64,000 bases of DNA, taken from Planctomycetota bacterium (GTDB lineage Bacteria > Planctomycetota > B15-G4). A model generated the notes under the pieces. That model was not told the DNA's origin. It worked only from the letters and a program-made list of their open reading frames with translations, and did no database searches. Positions within the stretch are counted from its first letter, which is position 1; every line of letters starts with the position of its first letter. The stretch covers positions 258,910-322,909 of the forward strand of contig JACKHP010000002.1 in the NCBI GenBank assembly GCA_020638905.1, written 5' to 3'. The translations under genes were made by a program, and so were the position numbers. Of this stretch, positions 26,952-34,857 are shown in pieces.

Positions 26952-28409
26952 TCAGCCGATGGTCATGGCGAGGCCCGCGGTCAGCGCGACGCCCCACGTC
27001 GCCGCGGGGTCGGCCACCGCGCCCTGCATGTACAGGCTCACGCCGCTGACGCCCGAGACCGGCAGCGGGAACGGGATGAGCTGCTCGCCCACGCCCGCCT
27101 CGCCCGGCGTGCCGCTCGTGGTGAACGGCACGGTGAGCAGGACGGGCGCGACGAGCAGGAGTCCACCCTTGAAGGGCAGCGCCGACGACGAGAAGCCGGC
27201 GAAGATCGCGGCCTGGCTGCCGCCGCGCGCGCCGCTCACGTGCACGAAGACGGTGGCACCCGGCTCGGGACAGCCGGTGCCCGCGAGCACCGGCTCGTAG
27301 CCGCCGCTGCCTGCGAGTCCCGTGTCGTACGCCTCGAAGGTGCCCGTGCACGCCGGCGCGTCGATCTCGACGAGCGTCGCGGTCTCGCCCGATCCGCCGG
27401 ACGCCCCCGTCGGCAGCGTCACGCCGAGCAGCGTGCCGGGTCCCGAGTCGCCGTCGGCGTAGAGGCGCAGGTCGTCCGCGAACGTGTCGAGCAGCGCGCA
27501 CTTCCCGAGCGCCGACGACCATGTGCCGCCGTTCGTCGCCGCGGCGCCGGTGTAGCCGCCGTTGCTCGCGAAGACCGAGATCGCGAGGGTCTGCGGATGG
27601 ATGCGCAGCGCGCGCGGCTCGGTGGCGTTGCTGTTCGTGTCGACGACGACGAGCAGGTCGCCGTCGGGCAGTTCGCTGATGCCGACGGGCGACTCGCCGC
27701 TCGACGAGACCTCGAACTCGGCGCAGTCGATGGGACCCACGGCGCGCGTGCCGTCTGCCGAGAGCGTGACGCGCTTCACGACGATGCCGGTGGAAATGCC
27801 GCCGCCGCACGCCGGCGAGCCCGATCCGGACACCATGACGAGCGAACGCGTGGCCTCGTGGAACGCGAGCAGTCGGTAGTCGACGAAGCCGCCGGGCTCG
27901 AACGTGAACGGCGCGGCGCCGCTCTCGTCGAGCAGCTCGTGGAGCAGGCCGTCGCCGAGCGTGTACCAGACGCGTCCGTTGACGAAGCCGCCGCCGGTGG
28001 CGCGTCCGTAGATCTTGCCGTCGGGCGCGGGAGTGATGCAGTGGAACGGCTGGCTCACGAGTCCGAGGTCGGTGAGCGAGCCGCCGTCGTCGCACAGCCA
28101 GAGATGGATCGGCTGGAACACGTCGACGATGCTCCCGACGAACACCACGCCGCCGCGGGTGCGGTCGTAGGCCAGCGACTGCGTCTGCTGCGGCGTCGTG
28201 AAGGTGTCGACGACCATCGCGCCCGTCCCGGTCGACGGGTCGTACTTCACGAGCGCGCCGGAGCTGCTGCTCGGCCCCTGGACGGTCGGGTCGAGCAGCC
28301 ACAGGTCTCCCACGTTCGGCGCCTGGCCGAGCGCCACGGACGACGGGACGACGAACGCCGCGGCGATCGACAGGGCGCGCAGCGAGGACAGCGACGGGGC
28401 GAAGGACAT
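26952..28409 (-). CDS. secreted hypothetical protein with a shared C-terminal module
   Basis: Signal peptide MSFAPSLSSLRALSIAAAFVVPSSVALGQAP. No recognised catalytic motif. The C-terminus (..ALPFKGGLLLVAP...YMQGAVADPAATWG..) is related to the C-termini of 10581.., 28608.. and 55999.. Confidence 0.75.
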   Translation of the reverse strand: MSFAPSLSSLRALSIAAAFVVPSSVALGQAPNVGDLWLLDPTVQGPSSSSGALVKYDPSTGTGAMVVDTFTTPQQTQSLAYDRTRGGVVFVGSIVDVFQPIHLWLCDDGGSLTDLGLVSQPFHCITPAPDGKIYGRATGGGFVNGRVWYTLGDGLLHELLDESGAAPFTFEPGGFVDYRLLAFHEATRSLVMVSGSGSPACGGGISTGIVVKRVTLSADGTRAVGPIDCAEFEVSSSGESPVGISELPDGDLLVVVDTNSNATEPRALRIHPQTLAISVFASNGGYTGAAATNGGTWSSALGKCALLDTFADDLRLYADGDSGPGTLLGVTLPTGASGGSGETATLVEIDAPACTGTFEAYDTGLAGSGGYEPVLAGTGCPEPGATVFVHVSGARGGSQAAIFAGFSSSALPFKGGLLLVAPVLLTVPFTTSGTPGEAGVGEQLIPFPLPVSGVSGVSLYMQGAVADPAATWGVALTAGLAMTIG

Positions 28410-28607
28410 GGCGATGGGGTCCCGGGAGGAGGTGGAGAGTCCCGTCCGCCGGGGGGAGCCTCGGTGCGGGCGGGACAGAGGTGATCCGGACGCGGGACCG
28501 GAGGTCCCGCGGGAATCCGGTCGTCCCGGGGCCGTGTCGGCGGAGATCGCCGCGCCGGGGCGAGACCGTCGCCACCACGGATTGAACGTCCTGCGCGGGA
28601 CACCGTC

Positions 28608-31192
28608 CTACGGGACGAACGCCTCGAGCGCGTTGCTCGCCCTGAAGCCCTGAGGTTGCGTCGCGTCGGGCATCCACGCCTGCCAGCAGGTGGGACGGCC
28701 CACGAGATGGGCGGGCCACCCGAACGCGAGGCTCGCCGAGCCCGCGGAATCGAGCGCGACGGGGAGGATGCGCGTCGGCGTCGGGACGAGCGTTCCGCCG
28801 AGGAACGGAGCATCGAGGCGCGACGCGCCCAGCACCAGGAACGCCGTGGTCCCCGGCGTACCGCGTGAGAGCCAGAGATGGGCGGCGTCGCCGGTCAGGC
28901 GCCCGCCGCGGGCCGCGAGGCGCGGGCGCTGGCCGTCGCCGCCGAACGAGCCGCCGAGCCCGACCCAGGGCTGCGTGGGACGGAGTGTGCGCACCTCGAG
29001 CTGACGCTGGACGGCGAACCCGAGCTGGCGGCGCGAGAGGCACGCGAGCTCGCGTCCCGGTGAGTGGCTGAACTCGCCGGCCACGACGCCTTGGTAGAAA
29101 TTCCACTCGGCGCTGTCGATCTCCGGCGATGTGGCCGAGCCGGGCAGGAACGCCGTCGCGGCGCTCCACGCGAGCACGTCCGGCAGGCCGTCACCATCGA
29201 GCTCGTCGACCACGACACCGCGCGCCTCGAAGCCGAGCGGGAACGTGGCCTTCACGACGAAGCCGCCCGCGTCGCCGCCGAGCAGCGTGAGGTCGTCGCC
29301 CGCGGTGATCACTTCGGGCCGTCCGTCACCGTTGCGATCGACCGTGGCGAGCAGGTCGGAGCCGGGTGGCACCGGCGAGTCGATCGGCGCGCCGAAGCCG
29401 CCCGCGCCGTCGCCGAGGCGCAGGCCAGCGTCGCGGCTCCGTCGTCGAGGGTGAGCAGGTCGAGCACGCCGTCGAGATCGAGGTCGTCCAGAACGAGGGC
29501 GACGAGGTTCGCGGGCGTCGCCGGCAGGGCGTCGAAGCTCGGGCCGACGGCGACCTGGAACCCGCCGCCGAAGGAGGTGTACGCCCCCGCGACGAGATCG
29601 AGCGACCCGTCGCCATCCACGTCGCCGAAGTCGAGGAGGTAGTCGGTCGCGTCGAGGGGAGCCACGAGCAGTGGCGCGAAGCTGCCGTCGCCCGCACCCG
29701 CGAGCACTTCGACCGCCGCCGGGTCGGACTGTTCACCCTGGAGCAGGGCGACGAGATCGAGCACGCCGTCGCCCGTCACGTCGACGAGAGCCTGGGCCGT
29801 CGACACGTCCAGTGGAAGCGCGGGCTGCGCGTTGAAGGTCCCGTCGGGCTGCGACAACCAGCGCCAGACCGAGGTGGCGAAGAGGCCAGGGCTCGTCACG
29901 GCGACGGGGTCGTCGAGTCCGTCGCCGTTCAGATCGCCGGCCAGCAGTGTCGCCCCGGACTGGTCGGACGGGATCTGCTCCGCCTCGAGCGGCAGGGCGC
30001 CATCGTCGCCGTCGGGCGGGACGTGGCGCAGGAGCACTCGGTATGGGTCGTTTGCGGCGGCGAGGAGATCGCGCCGAAGGACGACGAGTTCGGCGACACC
30101 GTCGCCGTCCACGTCGGCGCTGCGCGCGGCGGGCAGGGGAAGACCGGACGGCGCGACGCCGGCTACGCTGACCGAGAGGTCCCAAGGCTCGAAGGCGGCG
30201 CCGCCCACGCCGCGCAGGTACACCGTCGCGCCGGGCGCCACCAGCTGCACGTCGGGCAGGCCGTCAGCGGTGGCGTCGCCGACAAACACGAACCCGCCCT
30301 TCGAGGCATCGTCGGACGAGAGACCCGGCGCGAGAAGCGCGATCGGATCGGGCTCGAGCGAGCCGTTGCCGGCGAACACACCCACCGTCGTCGTGAAGCC
30401 CAGGAACACCGAGCCGGTGTTCCAGCCGACGACGAGGTCGACGTGATCGTCGTCCGTGACCTCGGCGGCAGCCAGGCCGCACACCCGCGCGTTGCCGGTG
30501 GGTGACGACCATTCGGGCGTGAACCTGCCCGCGCCGTCGCCTCCCAGGACGAAGACCTCTTTGAGCGTCCCCAGCACGACGTCGAGGGCACCGTCCTCGT
30601 CGAGGTCGACGAGCACCGGCCTGACGTCCGCGAGGACGGCCGACGGGTCGGGAAGAGAGCCTAGGCTCGGCCCGAACGTACCGTCGCCCACCCCGAGGAA
30701 CGCCTCGAGCCGGGGACCGATCACCCCGTTGGGATGGGCCAGCAGCAGGTCGACGTGCCCGTCGCCGTCGAGGTCGCCCACCGCGAGCGTGTTCGACTGC
30801 GGCTCCGCGAAGAAAGCCGGTTGCGGCGCAAGCGAGCCGTCGCCGGCGCCGAGCAGCACCTGCACCTCGCCCGTGACCACGGCGGTGACGACGACGTCGA
30901 GTCGTCCGTCGCCGTCGGCATCGAGACCCTCGACGTGCGCGGGCGCGAACGCCAGGTCGACGCTCGCGACCTGCGTCCCGTCGCCGCGGTGGACGACCAC
31001 ACGTCGCGAGCCCCCCAGGACCACGACGATCTCGGGGACACCGTCGCCTTCGAGATCGACGGTGGCGAGGTCCTTGGCGTCGGCGTCGACGACGAAGCTC
31101 GCGTGACCGAGGAGGGGATGATCTACGGCCTGCGACCGCGCGACGGATGACACGAGCACGACGCTGACCAGGACGGCGATGACGCACTTCAT
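28608..31192 (-). pseudogene. secreted FG-GAP/VCBS-repeat protein with a shared C-terminal module; apparent 1-nt frameshift near 29421-29428 (or assembly error)
   Basis: Signal peptide MKCVIAVLVSVVLVSSVARSQA. Many DxDGDGxxDxxV repeats. The N-terminal frame (ORF 29309..31192) degenerates after ..LLTLDDGAATLA. The repeat continues (LRLGDGAGGFGAPIDSPVPPGSDLLATVDRNGDGRPEV..) in the frame of ORF 28608..29372. Inserting one base restores a single 861-aa reading frame. Confidence 0.65.
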
Positions 31193-31422
31193 GCGGGCTC
31201 CCTCCGCTCTGCTTCTCTGCCGGAACCCGCCAATATCGCGTCAACGCGCCGGTGTGACGGAAACCGGCTGGGCATGTGCCAACATCATGGGCACCGCGCG
31301 CGACTGTGACACGGCGTCGAACGCGTCGCCGGCCGAGGAGCCGAGCGGCATCGGTCGATCGCGCATCCGGGCCCGTCAGAGCGTGCCGGGCCCGGTGAGC
31401 CGGGACCACGCCCCCGCGCCCC

Positions 31423-32970
31423 TCAGATGTAGCGGCTGACCGGGCCCATCGAGCGGCGGATGAGATCGAACGCCTGGAACTCGACGGGCGCCTTCCACAG
31501 GCGGCGACGCAGGCGCACGCCGGCCGACTTGCGCAGCAGCAGCGAGATCGGTCCCTTGCCGCCGGCGATGCCGTCGAACCAGGGCGCCATCTGCGTGAAG
31601 CGCGACCAGACCTTCTGCACCTCGGCCGGGATCGGCCCCCACCACGAGTTGAACTTGTAGTCGAAGAAGCGGCCCCACTGCTCGAAGTTCTCGGGCACGG
31701 GATAGCCGTTGTCGTCGATCGACGGCTGCCAGAACTCGCTGCCGGGGATCGGCCGGTACGGGAAGACCTCGACCGAGCAGCTCGGATACTTGGTCTTCAT
31801 CTCGGCGGCCTGGTGGATCGTGTCGTACATCGACTCGACCGGTTCACCGGGGTAGCCGATGATGTACGTGAGACCCGACTTGATGTCGAGCTGGTGCATG
31901 CGCGACATGGCCTCGTCGGTCATGCCTTCCTGGATGCGCTTGCGGATGAGCTGCTGCGTCTCCCAGGTGGCGGCCTCGGCGCCGAACCACATGAGGTGGT
32001 TGCCGGAACGCTTCATGAGATGCAGCGTGTCCCAGTCGTACTGGGTGATCTGCTTGATCTCGATCGTGCCGTTCCAGTTGATGTTCAGGCCCTTGTCGAG
32101 CAGCGCCTGGCAGAAGTCGACCATGCGCTTCTTGCTCACGCCGAAGTTGGCGTCCTGGAAGCGCAGCACGTCGAAGGGATCCTTGTCGTGGATCACCTTG
32201 AGGCGGTCGACGAGCACGTTCGCGTCGAGCGCGAGCCAGCGGCGTCCGGCGATCTCGGGGCTGCAGCAGAACGCGCACGGCTCGGGGCAGCCGAACGACG
32301 AGAAGTAGCTGAAGCCGCGGAACGGGCGGCCCTGCAGGTGGTGCGGCGGCGGCAGCCTGTTGCGCACGCGGTTGCCGAACTGCGCGGTGCGCTTCTGGAG
32401 CGCGTAGTACTTCTGCACGTCGATCAGGTGGAAGGACGGCTCGGGCAGCTTGTCGAGGTGCACGGCCTCGCGGTGCGGCGTCCAGAACACGGCGCCGTCC
32501 TTCTTGATCACGAGGCCTTCGACGGCAGACAGGTCGGCGCCGCGGCCCTCGGACTTCCAGGCGTCGAGCACGTCGACGAAGGCCAGCTCGCCCTGCCCGT
32601 GCACGACCGCGTCGCAGATGTCGCTCGCGAGGTACAGCTCGGGGATCGCCGACGGGAACCATCCGCCCCACACGATCGGCATCTTCGGGAAGCGCTCGCG
32701 CACCGCCATCGCGACCTTCGCGCCGTCCCAGACCTGGTAGCCGAGGATGCACGAGCTGCCGAACGCCATCGCGCCCTCGCACGCCGCGAGCACCTGCTCG
32801 AGGTAGTCGGGCTCGGTCATCGCGTCGATGATCACGACCTCGTAGCCGGCCAGCTCGGCGCCCGGCGCGATGTGCACGAGTTCGAGCGGCAGCAGGTCGG
32901 CCGAAGGCAGGTCGCCGATCTCGGGATCGACGCGCGACGGCAGGAAGAGGACGACTTTCGGCTTGTTCAC
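31423..32970 (-). CDS. B12-binding-domain radical SAM protein (class B rSAM)
   Basis: The N-terminal block VVLFLPS...GYEVVIIDA resembles a cobalamin-binding Rossmann domain. SSFGCPEPCAFCCS provides the CX3CX2C cluster. GTG start at 32970. Confidence 0.88.
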   Translation of the reverse strand: MNKPKVVLFLPSRVDPEIGDLPSADLLPLELVHIAPGAELAGYEVVIIDAMTEPDYLEQVLAACEGAMAFGSSCILGYQVWDGAKVAMAVRERFPKMPIVWGGWFPSAIPELYLASDICDAVVHGQGELAFVDVLDAWKSEGRGADLSAVEGLVIKKDGAVFWTPHREAVHLDKLPEPSFHLIDVQKYYALQKRTAQFGNRVRNRLPPPHHLQGRPFRGFSYFSSFGCPEPCAFCCSPEIAGRRWLALDANVLVDRLKVIHDKDPFDVLRFQDANFGVSKKRMVDFCQALLDKGLNINWNGTIEIKQITQYDWDTLHLMKRSGNHLMWFGAEAATWETQQLIRKRIQEGMTDEAMSRMHQLDIKSGLTYIIGYPGEPVESMYDTIHQAAEMKTKYPSCSVEVFPYRPIPGSEFWQPSIDDNGYPVPENFEQWGRFFDYKFNSWWGPIPAEVQKVWSRFTQMAPWFDGIAGGKGPISLLLRKSAGVRLRRRLWKAPVEFQAFDLIRRSMGPVSRYI

Positions 32971-33010
32971 GGTGTGGCTCTGGGATGCGTCGTGTACGTC
33001 GCGGCGCGGC

Positions 33011-33271
33011 TCAGCTCGGCGGGTCGCCCAACGCGGGCTCGCGGTTCCCCGACAGGATCGCGGCGACCTCGCCGTCCTCGGGGAAACGCTTCACCTGGCG
33101 CTTGCTGAAGATGAGCTTGCCGTTCTTCACCACCTCGAAGACGCCGCCGTCGCTGGGGACCAGCCGCAGCTCCTCGATCGCGCGCTTGTGCTTCTTGAGC
33201 AGCTCCTCCGCCAGACCGACGGCTCGAGGCTCGTAGTTTCACACCGCGCAGTAGGTGATCTCGATCTTCAC
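33011..33271 (-). CDS. SelW/Rdx-family selenoprotein (CxxU redox motif, in-frame TGA at 33239-33241)
   Basis: AGGAG lies 7 nt before GTG 33271. Translation: VKIEITYCAV-U-NYEPRAVGLAEELLKKHKRAIEELRLVPSDGGVFEVVKNGKLIFSKRQVKRFPEDGEVAAILSGNREPALGDPPS, with stop at 33011-33013. The blocks IxYC..(C/U), L.P...GG.FEV and FP match the Rdx fold pattern. The gene is absent from the ORF track because the TGA splits it. Confidence 0.7.
33205..33229 (-). promoter_or_regulatory. candidate bacterial SECIS hairpin
   Basis: RNA CCUCGAGCC-GUCGGUCU-GGCGGAGG starts 10 nt after the UGA. It has 3-bp and 4-bp helices separated by a small internal loop, and an 8-nt apical loop containing GGUCU (compare the GGUC apical element of E. 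coli fdhF SECIS, from memory). Confidence 0.35.
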
Positions 33272-33490
33272 ACGGGCGCTCCTGGGGGGGACGAAGGGCA
33301 GGTCATCTTATGCCGCTGCGCACGATCCCGCCACTCGGGCGAGGCGGTGCGCCGCCGCACGCGGGGGCGAGGACCGCGGGACGGACCGTCCCCCGCAGCG
33401 CTATCGGCCGCGGCGCGCGTGCCGGTGAAGCCCGATCGGAGGACCTGGGATGGTCCGTCGGGCGATCTCTTGCCTCGCGGATCGGGTGCG

Positions 33491-33610
33491 CGAAGCCGAA
33501 GCCGAAGCCGAAGCCGAAGCCGAAGCCGAAGCCGAAGCCGAAGCCGAAGCCGAAGCCGAAGCCGAAGCCGAAGCCGAAGCCGAAGCCGAAGCCGAAGCCG
33601 AAGCCGAAGC
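33491..33610. repeat. perfect hexanucleotide microsatellite (CGAAGC)x20
   Basis: 120 nt of uninterrupted cgaagc units, read directly from the sequence. Intergenic: downstream of the 33633..34262 gene and about 220 nt upstream of the selenoprotein start. Confidence 0.97.
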
Positions 33611-33632
33611 GCGCGGCTGCGGACGCCTCGCT

Positions 33633-34262
33633 TCAGACCCCGCGCGGCAGGACGTGGATCGCGACCACCGCGCCGGCCGTCCAGAGCACGGCGAGGAGCG
33701 CCTCGCGCAGTCCCTGGCGACGCAGGTCGGCGCGCGTCCAGCCCTTGTGGCGGGCGAGGGCGACGCGGATGTGCCAGGTGCGCCAGACGAAGAACGGCGT
33801 GAGCAGGATGCCGAGCAGCCAGCCCTCGCGGGCCGTGCCGCCGCCGGCGCAGGCGGCCGAAGGCGCGGCCACGACGAGCGCCGCCACCGCGAAGCACAGG
33901 GCGATCGGCGACATGAAGCCGTCGCGCTGCGCGAACCAGACCGCGGCGCCCGCGGGGAACGCGGCCACGAGCGCGTAGGCGAAGAAGTTCGGATCGCCTC
34001 CCGAGCGCAGCGCGAGCAACGGCGCGCCGGCCGCGAGCAGCAGTCCCCACGCGGCGCGCCGACGCCACGCCGGCCGCGGGTGCAGCGCGCCCGCGCTCGC
34101 GAGCAGGAAGATGCCCGCGTAGCCGAGTCCCGCGAAGAGCGCGGGGACGAAGCCTTGTCCCGCCACCGAGAGCGCGCCGGCCAGGATCGAGACCACGAGG
34201 TAGACCCACGCGCCGTGGGCCTTGGCCGGGTCGGGCATGGGACGGGAGAGCAGCGCGGACAT
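33633..34262 (-). CDS. polytopic membrane protein, YwiC-like
   Basis: 209 aa with about 6 hydrophobic helices. The N-terminal AKAHGAWVYLVVSILAG resembles the HGAW start of YwiC-like proteins (family assignment from memory). Confidence 0.5.
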   Translation of the reverse strand: MSALLSRPMPDPAKAHGAWVYLVVSILAGALSVAGQGFVPALFAGLGYAGIFLLASAGALHPRPAWRRRAAWGLLLAAGAPLLALRSGGDPNFFAYALVAAFPAGAAVWFAQRDGFMSPIALCFAVAALVVAAPSAACAGGGTAREGWLLGILLTPFFVWRTWHIRVALARHKGWTRADLRRQGLREALLAVLWTAGAVVAIHVLPRGV

Positions 34263-34329
34263 GCCGCGTATCGTCGCGCTCGGCGCGGAGCGAGGCCAGC
34301 CTCGTCCGGTGCCAGGCGTCAGGCCCGCG

Positions 34330-34692
34330 TCAGCCGACGAGTTCGCGCACGGTGTCGAGCAGCGTGTGGGCGTCGAACGGCTTGGGCAGCACGCGGGTCG
34401 CCCCCAGGACCGCGGCCATCTCGAGGTAGTGACCGCCCGAAGCGTGCGGGCTGCCGCTCACCGCGATGATGCGCACCGACGGCCGGGCCGCGACCAGCTT
34501 TCGGATGAGTTCGATGCCTTCGACGTCGGGCATGACGAGATCGCAGACCACGAGGTCGGGTGAGACCTCGCGGAAGCGCTCGAAGCCCAGTCGTCCGTCG
34601 CGCGCCTCGTGGACCTCGTAGGACGACTCGAGCACGCGTCGCATCGAACGGCGCGCGTCGTCGTCGTCGTCCACGAGCAAGATCGTCTTCAT
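34330..34692 (-). CDS. stand-alone response-regulator receiver protein
   Basis: MKTILLVDDDDD.., VVCDLVMPDVEG, IIAVSG and LPKPF. GGAGG lies 6 nt before ATG 34692. Confidence 0.88.
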   Translation of the reverse strand: MKTILLVDDDDDARRSMRRVLESSYEVHEARDGRLGFERFREVSPDLVVCDLVMPDVEGIELIRKLVAARPSVRIIAVSGSPHASGGHYLEMAAVLGATRVLPKPFDAHTLLDTVRELVG

Positions 34693-34857
34693 GCCTCGCC
34701 TCCACACGGAGTATCGACTCACCGCGCTGCGCTTCAAGCGTCGGTCGCGTGGGTTGACCGCAGTGATTCCAGAACCCGCGATCACGTGGAGACGCCCTTG
34801 CAGGCGAACGCCCACGGGTGTCTGCTGGTCTCCCGAGATCGGAACGGGAGCCTCCGG

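Noticed and set aside
33491-33610. Hexamer arrays (here and at 55451-55528) as CRISPR arrays.
   Set aside because: The unit is 6 nt with no spacers, and no cas genes are present. These are microsatellites, not CRISPR.
33268-34469. ORFs encoding (KP)n, (EA)n or (LR)n dipeptide repeats across the hexamer array (33310..33978 +, 33450..34469 +, 33268..34209 -).
   Set aside because: The repeats are a by-product of translating a perfect hexanucleotide array. The remaining parts of these ORFs have junk composition and overlap the well-formed membrane-protein gene 33633..34262 on the other frame or strand.
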